Shown piece by piece: positions 8,381 to 17,370 of a DNA stretch of 53,892 nucleotides. Every line of letters begins with the position of its first letter. The first letter of the stretch is position 1. The notes beneath the pieces were generated by a model. That model worked only from the letters and a program-made list of their open reading frames with translations. It was not told the DNA's origin and did not search any database. The stretch is taken from the NCBI GenBank assembly GCA_038209745.1, contig JBBQXJ010000027.1, positions 1-53,892 of the forward strand. The letters run 5' to 3'. The position numbers and the translations under genes are program-made. Origin of the DNA: Verrucomicrobiota bacterium (GTDB taxonomy: Bacteria > Verrucomicrobiota > Verrucomicrobiia > Limisphaerales > CANJSG01).

Positions 8381-9145
8381 TCAGACTCCCTTCTGATCGG
8401 GCGGCCAGATGAACTTGTGCATCTGGAGCTGGAAGCGCACGGGCAGCGCGTCGGCCACGATGCGTTCGACGAGGTCCTTGCGGCTGATCGGAGTGTGGTC
8501 CTGGGGGAAGGGTTTGAGCGACTTGTCCTGCTGGTGCGGCAGCAGCGGCGCGACCCAGGAGAAGAGGAGCGGGCACCTCGCCGCTAATCCATGCTGGGCG
8601 ATCTGCGCCTTGGCCCACTCGTAGTCCTCCACGGTGCCGATGACGAACTTCACTTCGTCGGTCGGTTGGAGGTGGCCGATGTTCGGCGCGTGCATCCGGG
8701 CGGATTCGCCGCTGCTCGGGCACTTGAGGTCCATGATGCGGCGGACGCGTGGATCGGTCTTGGAGATGTCGATGGCCCCACTGGTCTCGACGAGCACGGT
8801 GAAACCGTCGTCGCAGAGCTGGGCCATGAGCGGGAGGGCGTTGGCCTGGAGAAGGGGTTCGCCGCCGGTGAACTCGATGAGGGGGAGCTTCGTGGTGCCG
8901 TGGGAACTGATCCCGGAGGCCTGATCCCGGAAACCGGATGCAAAAGGCGCGGCCAGTGCGTTGATCTTGGCTCGCACTTCGTGGGCTGCGAGCTTTGTTC
9001 CTTTGGTGAAGGCGTAGGCGGTGTCGCAGTAGGAGCAGCGGAGATTGCAGGCGGTGAGACGGACGAAGACGCAGGGCAGCCCGGCAAAGGTGCTTTCCCC
9101 TTGGAGGCTCAGATAGACTTCGTTGACGACGAGCGTAGCGGACAC
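8381..9145 (-). CDS. queE: 7-carboxy-7-deazaguanine synthase (radical SAM)
   Basis: EVYLSLQGE, FVRLTACNLRCSYCDT, TGGEPLLQ, DLKCPSSGE, QLQMHKFIW. GTG start at 9145 inferred. Confidence 0.92.
   Translation of the reverse strand: MSATLVVNEVYLSLQGESTFAGLPCVFVRLTACNLRCSYCDTAYAFTKGTKLAAHEVRAKINALAAPFASGFRDQASGISSHGTTKLPLIEFTGGEPLLQANALPLMAQLCDDGFTVLVETSGAIDISKTDPRVRRIMDLKCPSSGESARMHAPNIGHLQPTDEVKFVIGTVEDYEWAKAQIAQHGLAARCPLLFSWVAPLLPHQQDKSLKPFPQDHTPISRKDLVERIVADALPVRFQLQMHKFIWPPDQKGV
8909..8943. repeat. Heptamer tandem repeat inside queE
   Basis: GATCCCG-GAGGCCT-GATCCCG-GAAACCG-GATGCAA. Confidence 0.55.
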
Positions 9146-9267
9146 GCCGGAGAGTCTAGGGGTCTCTCCGGCGGCGTGGAAACGGCGAATCGGTGGATTC
9201 GCAAAACGGGCGAAAAAAACGACGTTCCTTCCCGCAACGGGCAATGTCGAAGCGCGGACGCGGGAAA

Positions 9268-9328
9268 CCCCTCACCGGCCCTTCGGACACCCTCTCCCCG
9301 TCCGACGAAGAGAGGGCGGGGTGAGGGG
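9268..9328. repeat. CCCCTCACC...GGTGAGGGG palindromic intergenic element, copy 1
   Basis: 9-bp terminal inverted repeats with an internal CCCTCTC/GAGAGGG stem. A related copy lies at 30478-30539. Confidence 0.8.
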
Positions 9329-9367
9329 CTTTCCCCTGTTTTACGAACCCTCGCTTTTACCCGGTTC

Positions 9368-10429
9368 TCAATAGACCGCGATCTTGGCCCGGGTGCGGAA
9401 CTCGTCTTCGGTGATCTTTCCTTCGGACAGGGCGGCGGCGTCGGATTGTTTGACGGTGATCGTCATCGTCGTCGGAGAGGGAGCCGGTGCCGAGGAACGG
9501 CCTGCGCCGGTCCCGAGGGTGGTGGCCCCCATGCTGCCGTGACCGCCATATCCGCCGCCCATTCCCGATCCTGGAATTCCCATGGCTTGCGCTTGGCCGA
9601 ACAACGGAGTTTCGGATGGCATGGAGGTCACCACCACGGTCACGGTGTCGTCGGCGGAGAGGTGGCGGAAGTTGTGCGTGTTCGCGAGGGCTTTCAGCAC
9701 GCCCTTCTTCAACGACTCGACCCGTTCTCCGCTGAATTCAGGGCGGCGTTCGGGCCCGACAAAGGGATCGAGCGGATCGAGCTCACCCCGGACTTCCCGA
9801 CGGGCGGCTTCCCAGTCGGAACGGGTCTTCGGTTTGTCCGCTTCCTTCGTTTCTTTCCCGGCGGGTGCCGCCAGCGGGAAACCCACGGAGTTTTGGAAGA
9901 TCGCTCCGTGTCCTGAGATGAACAGATCGCGACTCGCGCCGCCGGAGAAGGTCTGGACCACGATGCCCATCGCCCGTCGTTCCGTGGAATGGTCGCCGCT
10001 GTCCGCGATCGAGTCCTCCAGCAGCTTGGCCATGATCCGCATGTCCTCGCGGATCTCGTCGAGCTCGCCGCGTTTCAGGTTTTGCGACGACACGATCAAC
10101 GGCTGGTCCGCACTGGAAGGCGCGGCCCCGTAGCCGTAGGAATGGCCGCCGTTCGCGGGCGACAAGGGTTCACGGAGTTCCACCCGCATACGCCCGGATT
10201 GGCCGCCGGGGCGTTCGGCGGACGCGGACCCCCGCACATCTTCGTTGATCTTGAGTTGAAGACCCGAGGACTCCGCCTCAGACGGTGCCGGCTCGGGAGC
10301 CAGAGGAGCGGTGGGCGGCGCGGGACGTTCCGGCGGGCGGTTGTCTGCCAGGCCGCTTTGGGCAAATCCCGAGGGGACAAGGGTGAGCACGGTGAGGACA
10401 GTGGCTTGGAACAGAGTGGAGCGGTTCAT
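9368..10429 (-). CDS. Exported hypothetical protein, third gene of the ECF operon
   Basis: Signal peptide (..SGFAQ), Pro-rich linker, coding-like codon use, co-oriented 34 nt after the anti-sigma gene. Confidence 0.8.
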   Translation of the reverse strand: MNRSTLFQATVLTVLTLVPSGFAQSGLADNRPPERPAPPTAPLAPEPAPSEAESSGLQLKINEDVRGSASAERPGGQSGRMRVELREPLSPANGGHSYGYGAAPSSADQPLIVSSQNLKRGELDEIREDMRIMAKLLEDSIADSGDHSTERRAMGIVVQTFSGGASRDLFISGHGAIFQNSVGFPLAAPAGKETKEADKPKTRSDWEAARREVRGELDPLDPFVGPERRPEFSGERVESLKKGVLKALANTHNFRHLSADDTVTVVVTSMPSETPLFGQAQAMGIPGSGMGGGYGGHGSMGATTLGTGAGRSSAPAPSPTTMTITVKQSDAAALSEGKITEDEFRTRAKIAVY

Positions 10430-10463
10430 GGCGGTAGCGGGGTTGAGCAACGGAGTTCAGGGA

Positions 10464-11048
10464 TCACTGGATGGTTTTACGAGGGTCCGCCGGCGCGGAG
10501 TTGTTCGCCAGCTGCGCCAGGCTGGATTCGGTCTGGCGGAAACTGGCGGCGGTGAAGACGGCGACGGTCTCCAGCTCCTTGCGCAGGGAAAGGTAGTTGG
10601 CCGTCTGTTCGGTGCGGAGATCATGGAGTTCTTCCCGGACCGCAGCGGAGACGGGCTTGAGCTGCTTGGCCGATTCGGCGGCGGCGACCTGCTGCATCCG
10701 TTGATCGAGTCCAGCAGTGAGTTGTCCGAGTTGTTGGCGTAGTGCGGCGACTTCGGCTTTGGACGCCGACGATTGTCGGCCGGCCATGAAGCCCACGGCC
10801 AACAACGCAACCAAGGCCGCTGCGATGGCCGCGATGCGAACCACGTTGGATCGTCGGCGCGTCGGCTCAGCCGGGAGCGGCGCGATTTCCCATTGGTCCA
10901 GAGAGCCAAGGACCGAACGCCAGGATTCGACGCGGTCGCGGCATTCCGGGCAGGACGCGAGATGTTCGCGAAGCGGCGCGCTTTCAGCGGTGTCGGCTTC
11001 GTCGGCGTAGAGGTGGGCGAGCCATTGTTCGCGGGAGGGATGGTTCAT
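10464..11048 (-). CDS. Zinc-finger (HxxxCxxC) membrane anti-sigma factor
   Basis: EHLASCPECR, one TM helix and a coiled coil. Its ATG overlaps the sigma-factor stop (ATGA). Corresponds to the 3' end of track ORF 10464..12920. Confidence 0.85.
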   Translation of the reverse strand: MNHPSREQWLAHLYADEADTAESAPLREHLASCPECRDRVESWRSVLGSLDQWEIAPLPAEPTRRRSNVVRIAAIAAALVALLAVGFMAGRQSSASKAEVAALRQQLGQLTAGLDQRMQQVAAAESAKQLKPVSAAVREELHDLRTEQTANYLSLRKELETVAVFTAASFRQTESSLAQLANNSAPADPRKTIQ

Positions 11049-11665
11049 AGCACGGGAACTGTTTTGGGTCGCGCCGGAGCGACGGGTTTGAATTCGGCGA
11101 GCAAGGGCGCGAGGCGGTCGAGCGCTTCGGCCATGCGGGATTTGACGGTGCCTTCGGGCACTTCGAGGACTTCGGCGATCTCGCGGAGCTTGAGCCCTTC
11201 GTAGTGCCGGAGGATGACGACGGCGCGGTAGTGCTCGGGCAGCCGCTGGAGTGCGTGGCGCACCGAGTCGGCGCACTCGCTCAGTTCCAGTTGGACGGCG
11301 GGCGATGGTTCCGGTGCCTCGTTGAACGGTTCGTCTTCGTCCAGCGAGAGCTCCCTGCGGCGGCTTCGGCGGCGGAATTCGTCGTGGCAAAGGTTCAAGG
11401 CAACGCGCCAGAGGAAGGTGGAGAAGCGGCTGTCCGGCCGATAGTCGGCGCGCTTGGCGAAGATCCGCGAGAACGTCTCCTGCGCCAGGTCTTCCGCCCG
11501 GTGATGGTCGCCGGTCATGCGGAAACCCAGTCGGCGGACCGGTTCCCGCCAGCGGTGGACCAGCTGGTCGAACGCCGCCGGATCGCTTCCGTGCTGCAAT
11601 CGCCACATGAGCTGCTCGTCCGAGGGATCGAACAGGCGCTGAAGTGGCTGGAAGAGATGGGTCAT
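11045..11665 (-). CDS. ECF sigma-70 factor
   Basis: AEDLAQETF, FSTFLWRVALNLC, LRHYEGL..REIAEVL..PEGTVKSR. Confidence 0.93.
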   Translation of the reverse strand: MTHLFQPLQRLFDPSDEQLMWRLQHGSDPAAFDQLVHRWREPVRRLGFRMTGDHHRAEDLAQETFSRIFAKRADYRPDSRFSTFLWRVALNLCHDEFRRRSRRRELSLDEDEPFNEAPEPSPAVQLELSECADSVRHALQRLPEHYRAVVILRHYEGLKLREIAEVLEVPEGTVKSRMAEALDRLAPLLAEFKPVAPARPKTVPVL

Positions 11666-11707
11666 CGCAAAGGTCGGGATGGCGTCGGCCGGTTTCGGGC
11701 TCAAGGG

Positions 11708-11738
11708 TGAAACGCTCGGCAGGGCGGTTTCGTTCGGA
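11708..11738 (-). promoter_or_regulatory. Putative autoregulatory ECF promoter
   Basis: Minus strand GAAC-N17-CGTTT about 45 nt upstream of the sigma start, matching the generic ECF AAC...CGT consensus. Confidence 0.4.
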
Positions 11739-11927
11739 AGTATTTTGAGAATTCTTCAGGGCGGAAACATCGAACGCCGGACATTCAACGCCCGAGGTCC
11801 AACAGCCGCTGTGGCGGCACTGCTTGGATGTTGGGCGTCGGCGGTTGAATGTTTCCCGGTCCCGGTCCGCTTCGCTGGACAGACCGGGCGCCGGGCCTAC
11901 CATCGTCTGCAATTCATCCCGAGCTCC

Positions 11928-13184
11928 ATGGACATCTACAAGCACCCCACCTTTGACATGGCTTGCCGCCAGTTCGACCTCGTCGCGGACCGTTTGGAGA
12001 TTCCGGACGATGAGCGTGCGCGGCTGAAATACCCGAAGCGTTCCCTGATCGTCGCCGTCCCGATCCACAAGGACGATGGTTCGGTCCAGGTCTTCTCCGG
12101 CTATCGGGTGCAGCATCACCTGACGCTGGGCCCGACCAAGGGCGGCATCCGCTTCAGCCCGGACGTGGCCCTGGGTGAAGTGGCCGCGCTGGCCATGTGG
12201 ATGAGCTGGAAGTGCGCGCTGGCGGGTCTGCCCTACGGCGGAGCCAAGGGCGGCGTGAACTGCGATCCGCACAAGCTTTCCCTGCGAGAGCTGGAGCGTA
12301 TCACGCGGCGCTTTACCCAGGAATTGATGCCCTTCATCGGGCCCCAGATCGACATCCCCGCGCCGGACATGGGCACCAACGAGCAGACCATGGCGTGGAT
12401 GATGGACACGTATTCCATCCATGCGGGCCACTCGGTGCCCGGCGTGGTCACGGGCAAGCCGGTGGGGCTTGGCGGCTCGCTGGGAAGGCGCGAAGCCACG
12501 GGTCGGGGCGTGGGGTATCTGATCAACCGCACGATGGACACGCTGGGGATGGATCCCGGCCATTGCACGGCGGTGGTGCAGGGCTTCGGCAACGTGGGTT
12601 CGGTCGCCGCGATGTCGCTTTCGAAGTTCGGCGTGAAGGTGGTGGCGACCAGCGATGTGAACGGCGGCATCCACAACGAGAAGGGCCTCGATCTCTGGAA
12701 GCTCGCGGACTACGTGCGGGAAAAAGGCAGCATGGACGGCTTTCCGGAAGCGCAGCCGGTGACGAACAAGCAGTTGCTGGAACTGCCCTGCGACATCCTG
12801 GTGCCGGCGGCGATGGAGCGGCAGATCACGGGGGAAAACGCCGCGCGGATCCAGTGCCGCATCCTGGCCGAGGCCGCCAACGGTCCGACCACGCCCGACG
12901 CGGATGTGATCCTCGATCAACGGCCGGAAATCTTCATCATCCCCGACATCCTCTGCAACGCGGGCGGCGTCATCGTCTCCTACTTCGAGTGGGTCCAGGA
13001 TCTACAGAGCTTCTTCTGGTCCGAGACCGAGGTGATGGACAAATTGTTCCGCATCCTGGAAGGCGCCTTCACCCAGACGCTCAGTCTGAGCCGCAAGGAA
13101 AAGGTCTCCATGCGTTCGGCCGCGTTGACCCAAGGGATCAAGCGCGTTCGCGAGGCGAAGCAGATGCGCGGACTGTTTCCGTGA
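11928..13184 (+). CDS. gdhA: Glu/Leu/Phe/Val dehydrogenase (glutamate dehydrogenase)
   Basis: GPTKGGIRF, PYGGAKGG, DIPAPD, ATGRG, QGFGNVG, EAANGP, NAGGVIVSYFEW. Confidence 0.93.
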   Translation: MDIYKHPTFDMACRQFDLVADRLEIPDDERARLKYPKRSLIVAVPIHKDDGSVQVFSGYRVQHHLTLGPTKGGIRFSPDVALGEVAALAMWMSWKCALAGLPYGGAKGGVNCDPHKLSLRELERITRRFTQELMPFIGPQIDIPAPDMGTNEQTMAWMMDTYSIHAGHSVPGVVTGKPVGLGGSLGRREATGRGVGYLINRTMDTLGMDPGHCTAVVQGFGNVGSVAAMSLSKFGVKVVATSDVNGGIHNEKGLDLWKLADYVREKGSMDGFPEAQPVTNKQLLELPCDILVPAAMERQITGENAARIQCRILAEAANGPTTPDADVILDQRPEIFIIPDILCNAGGVIVSYFEWVQDLQSFFWSETEVMDKLFRILEGAFTQTLSLSRKEKVSMRSAALTQGIKRVREAKQMRGLFP

Positions 13185-13241
13185 CCTCTCTAGCGCTTTG
13201 ACGGCGGCGGTCCGTTCGCTCCAGGTTTCAACGACACGAAC

Positions 13242-14408
13242 ATGGGAAAACCAAAGTCCAAGACCTCCCCGAAGCGGGACTCCCTCTCGGCCGCGACCCA
13301 GGACCGGCTGCTCCTAGGCGGGCTCTTCGTCGCGTTGGGTGTCGGTTGGCTTGTCTACCACCGGCCGGTCGCCACGCTGGAACCGGAGACGTCGCCGGCC
13401 GCCGCGTCAAAGGCGACCTCCGCCTTTCAGCCGACGATCCCCAATCCGGCGCCGGCTCCGGGATCCGCTCCGGTCGGCATGGTCTGGATTCCCGGCGGCG
13501 AATTCTCCATGGGCAGTGAGGATCCCCGCGAATCGATCTGCGGCGGCCGTGAGGCGATGGACGATGCTCGCCCGATCCATCGCGTGGCCGTGGACGGGTT
13601 CTGGATGGATGCGACAGAAGTGACCAACGACCTGTTCGCCAAGTTCGTCGAAGCCACCCACTACGTCACCATCGCCGAGCGCACCCCGCGGGCAGAGGAC
13701 TACCCGGACGCGCCGGCGGAGAACCTCGTCGCCGGTTCGGTTGTCTTCACGCCGCCCGACCACGAAGTACCTTTGGACAACCACTACCAATGGTGGGCCT
13801 ACCTCCATGGGGCCAATTGGCGCCATCCCACCGGTCCGGACAGCAACGTCGAGGGCAAAGGCGACTATCCCGTCGTCCAGATCGGCTACGAAGACGCCGA
13901 GGCCTACGCCAAGTGGGCCGGCAAGCGGCTTCCGACCGAGGCCGAATGGGAATTCGCCGCCCGCGGCGGCAAGGCCGGACAGCTCTACTTCTGGGGCGAC
14001 GATCTCAATCCCGGCGGCAAATGGATGGCCAACATTTTCGAGGGAACCTTTCCGAACAACGACACGGGCAAGGACGGTTTCAAGGGCATCGCGCCCGTCT
14101 CCCAGTTTCCGACCAATGGCTACGGCCTCTACGACATCGCCGGCAACGTCTGGGAATGGTGCAGCGACTGGTATCGGCCCGACTACTTCCAGGGACTGGC
14201 GACGGCCGGTGGCGTGGCGAAAAATCCCCGGGGCCCCGAGGTTCCGTGGGATCCGGCCGAACCGAACGAAAAAAAGCGCGTCCATCGCGGGGGCTCATTC
14301 CTCTGCACCGACCAGTATTGCACCCGCTACATGGTTGGCACGCGCGGCAAGGGCGAAGTCAGCACCGGCAGCAACCATCTCGGCTTCCGTTGCGTGAAGG
14401 TGCCCTGA
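13242..14408 (+). CDS. Formylglycine-generating enzyme family protein
   Basis: RLPTEAEWE, GNVWEW, RGGSFLCTDQYCTRY (catalytic CxxxxC) and GFRC. N-terminal TM anchor. Confidence 0.92.
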   Translation: MGKPKSKTSPKRDSLSAATQDRLLLGGLFVALGVGWLVYHRPVATLEPETSPAAASKATSAFQPTIPNPAPAPGSAPVGMVWIPGGEFSMGSEDPRESICGGREAMDDARPIHRVAVDGFWMDATEVTNDLFAKFVEATHYVTIAERTPRAEDYPDAPAENLVAGSVVFTPPDHEVPLDNHYQWWAYLHGANWRHPTGPDSNVEGKGDYPVVQIGYEDAEAYAKWAGKRLPTEAEWEFAARGGKAGQLYFWGDDLNPGGKWMANIFEGTFPNNDTGKDGFKGIAPVSQFPTNGYGLYDIAGNVWEWCSDWYRPDYFQGLATAGGVAKNPRGPEVPWDPAEPNEKKRVHRGGSFLCTDQYCTRYMVGTRGKGEVSTGSNHLGFRCVKVP

Positions 14409-14586
14409 GCCGACTTGACGAGCGCGGTCTGCGGCTCAGGACCGATCCGCTCCGATTCGCGCCGTTTCCTCCGGGTAGATCAGTGGAGCGGCAAACGCTC
14501 CTTGACCGGGCAACCGCCAATCTGCGACTTGGAGGCCATCCCCTCGCATAACCCTTTGCCCCCACCAACCCGAAAGGCCCAGCGCA

Positions 14587-15972
14587 ATGAATCCTTCCCC
14601 AGCTTCAGCGACGAATGACGGCCCTCGGCCGCATCTCGGGGACCCACGGCCGGGACGCATCTTCTTCTGGGCGGTCGCCGCGGCCTTGGCGGGGTTTCTG
14701 TTCGGATTCGACACGGTGGTCATCTCCGGGGCCGAACAGACGATCCAAGCTCTGTGGCATCTCAGCCCCGGGATGCATGGCGTGGCGATGGCGGCCGCGC
14801 TCTACGGGACGGTGTTGGGCTCGTTGATCGGCGGTTGGCCCACGGATCGGTTCGGTCGCCGGGCAACGCTGTTGTGGATCGGCGCCCTCTATTTTGTTTC
14901 GGCGGTCTGGTCCGGGCTTGCGACCGACTTCTATTCGTTCTGTATCGCGAGGTTCATTGGCGGACTGGGCGTCGGCATCTCCACGGTGGCGGCCCCGCTC
15001 TACATCGCGGAGATCGCCCCGGCGAAATACCGGGGCCGGTTGGCGGGCATGTTCCAGTTCAACATCGTGTTCGGCATCCTCGTGGCGTTTCTCTCGAACG
15101 CGCTGTTGGCGGGGATCGGGGACAACGCGTGGCGCTGGATGCTGGGCGTCGAGGCCTTTCCGGCCGTGATCTACTCGTTGCTCTGCATCGGCATTCCTGA
15201 AAGTCCGCGTTGGCTCATCGCCTACCGGGGCGACCGGGACGCCGCGATCAAGATCCTGGGCCTGATCGATCCCGGCGCGGGCCCGGCGGAACTGGCGGCG
15301 AAGGCGGACGATATCGCGGCGGCTTCGTCGGTGGGCGCCTCGGGTGCGCGGTTTTGGACTCGGCGGCTGCGGATCCCGATCCTGCTGGCGGTCCTGATCG
15401 CGTTCTTCAACCAGCTCTCCGGCATCAACGCCATCCTGTATTTTGCGCCCCGCATTTTCGAGATGACCGGCCTGGGCACGAAAGCGGCCCTGCTGCAGTC
15501 CGTCGGCATCGGCGTCACGAATCTGGTGTTCACTTTCGTCGGGCTCTGGTTGATCGACCGGATTGGTCGGCGGACTCTGCTTTTCATCGGGTCTTTCGGC
15601 TACATCCTCTCTCTGGGACTGGTGGCCTGGGCCTTCTTCACGGAACATTTCGCGATCGTGCCGGTCTGCATCTTCGGGTTCATCGCGGCCCACGCGATCG
15701 GGCAAGGGGCGGTCATCTGGGTGTTCATCTCGGAGATTTTTCCCAATCGCCATCGGGCGGAGGGCCAGGCCCTGGGCAGCTTCACCCACTGGATCTTCGC
15801 CGCGTTGCTCACGACGTTCTTCCCCCGGATGGTGGCGGCCTTCCCGCCGGGATACGTCTTCCTCTTCTTTTGCGGAATGATGGTCCTGCAGCTGGTCTGG
15901 GTGAAGACGATGGTCCCCGAGACGAAAGGCGTGCCGCTGGAGCACATCCAGGAACGGCTGGGCATCCAGTAA
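14587..15972 (+). CDS. MFS sugar porter
   Basis: GFLFGFDT, DRFGRR, PESPRWL, NQLSGINAILY, SEIFP, PETKG. Confidence 0.95.
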   Translation: MNPSPASATNDGPRPHLGDPRPGRIFFWAVAAALAGFLFGFDTVVISGAEQTIQALWHLSPGMHGVAMAAALYGTVLGSLIGGWPTDRFGRRATLLWIGALYFVSAVWSGLATDFYSFCIARFIGGLGVGISTVAAPLYIAEIAPAKYRGRLAGMFQFNIVFGILVAFLSNALLAGIGDNAWRWMLGVEAFPAVIYSLLCIGIPESPRWLIAYRGDRDAAIKILGLIDPGAGPAELAAKADDIAAASSVGASGARFWTRRLRIPILLAVLIAFFNQLSGINAILYFAPRIFEMTGLGTKAALLQSVGIGVTNLVFTFVGLWLIDRIGRRTLLFIGSFGYILSLGLVAWAFFTEHFAIVPVCIFGFIAAHAIGQGAVIWVFISEIFPNRHRAEGQALGSFTHWIFAALLTTFFPRMVAAFPPGYVFLFFCGMMVLQLVWVKTMVPETKGVPLEHIQERLGIQ

Positions 15973-16017
15973 GGGTTCGGTTTCCGGGCCAATCCCACGC
16001 TCGTGGTTTGACGGGAG

Positions 16018-17340
16018 GTGGCCGGTGAGGATCGACTGGCCGGGTTGTCGCTCTTGGTCTCCATTCGACGGGTGTTGGTCGGTGCGGCCGGATTCATTCC
16101 GGCCGCCGTTGCTATGGCGGGAGCCCAGACGGAGGGCCGGGTGGATCCCTCGACCCACACCGTGGCCGCGGTTGGGGGTCTGGTCGTGTCGGCCCATGCG
16201 GACGAGATTTCCCATCAATTGGACCGGCGCGCGAAACTCCGCGTTCTCCTGCATCCGACCCCGCTGATCGAAGACGGCATCGCGGCGTGGACCAATGCGA
16301 CTGGCTGGATCGACCACAAGGTCGGCCTGCGGTTCGGCGTGTCCTACGACACGCTGGTGCAGGGTGCCACGGAGGCCAACGGCGATGCGCTCGCGGCGGG
16401 CGGCGATCTGACCTTGCTGGGCCAGTGGACCGTATGGGGACAGAGCCAAGGCTACGAAGGGTCGTTCGGCTTCAACGGACGAAACCGGCTGCGCTTTGCC
16501 AGCACCCCGCCGTCGGCGCTCGGGGCTTCCATCGGGTCGCTTTGGAGCACGACGGACGGATTCACGGACAAGGGCTGGGAACTGCCGGAGGCGTGGTTCG
16601 AGCAGAAGGCTTGGGACGGCCGGATCGCGCTCAGGACCGGGCAGGTGAACATCCGGACGCTCTTCGACACCGCCTCGTTGCGCAGCGCGCGGCTCTATTT
16701 TCTGAACACCGCTTTCTCTTTGAATCCAGCCATTCCGTTTCCGCTCTTCGGTGCGGGCACGGCGGTGTTCGTGAAGCCGTTGGAGGACTTGGAGCTGCGT
16801 TTCGGAGCGGCCGACGCCCATGCGCGCAAGATCGACGGGCCTTTCGACACGCTGCTGCGGAGCGACGATGTCTTCGTCGTGGCCGGCCTCTCCTGGACGC
16901 CGAAGTGGAGCGAGGAGGGGCACAGCCGGATACAGGCCACCGGATGGCACACGGACTCGACCAAATCCAACGTCGCGAACGATGGCGAGGGATTGAGCGT
17001 TTTGATGGAACAGCGGTTCGACGAGAGCGGCGCGACTCTGTTTCTGCGCGGGGCCTGGTCGGACAGCCGGGCCACGGTGATCGACTCCATGGTCACGGCG
17101 GGCGCGGGTTGGATCCCGGCGGCGGGCCGACCGGCGGATCTCCTCGGGATGGCGTTTGGTTGGGGGCGGCCCCGCGACCGCTGGTTGCGCGACGAGGGCG
17201 TGATGGAGGTTTTCTACCGGGTGCAGGTCTCGGCGGAACTGCAGCTCACGCCCGACGTGCAGGTCATCGTCCATCCATCGACCGCAGCGGCGGCGGACGT
17301 TGTCACTGTCTTCGGAGTGAGGGTGCGGATCGCTTTCTGA
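16018..17340 (+). CDS. OprB-like carbohydrate porin
   Basis: Beta-strand pattern, E.FYRVQ...QLTPDVQ...P, C-terminal Phe. Start uncertain. Confidence 0.8.
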   Translation: MAGEDRLAGLSLLVSIRRVLVGAAGFIPAAVAMAGAQTEGRVDPSTHTVAAVGGLVVSAHADEISHQLDRRAKLRVLLHPTPLIEDGIAAWTNATGWIDHKVGLRFGVSYDTLVQGATEANGDALAAGGDLTLLGQWTVWGQSQGYEGSFGFNGRNRLRFASTPPSALGASIGSLWSTTDGFTDKGWELPEAWFEQKAWDGRIALRTGQVNIRTLFDTASLRSARLYFLNTAFSLNPAIPFPLFGAGTAVFVKPLEDLELRFGAADAHARKIDGPFDTLLRSDDVFVVAGLSWTPKWSEEGHSRIQATGWHTDSTKSNVANDGEGLSVLMEQRFDESGATLFLRGAWSDSRATVIDSMVTAGAGWIPAAGRPADLLGMAFGWGRPRDRWLRDEGVMEVFYRVQVSAELQLTPDVQVIVHPSTAAAADVVTVFGVRVRIAF

Positions 17341-17370
17341 GCCGAGGAACGACTGCCCCGATGGGGCGGC

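Noticed and set aside
8381..9145. queE as part of a 7-deazaguanine DNA-modification (dpd) island
   Set aside because: No dpdA/tgt-like, queC, queD or folE genes nearby. Housekeeping queuosine synthesis is the simpler reading.
11049..12920. Upstream part of the 818-aa minus-strand ORF 10464..12920
   Set aside because: Antisense shadow of glutamate dehydrogenase plus off-frame sigma sequence. Only the last 194 aa (anti-sigma) look real.
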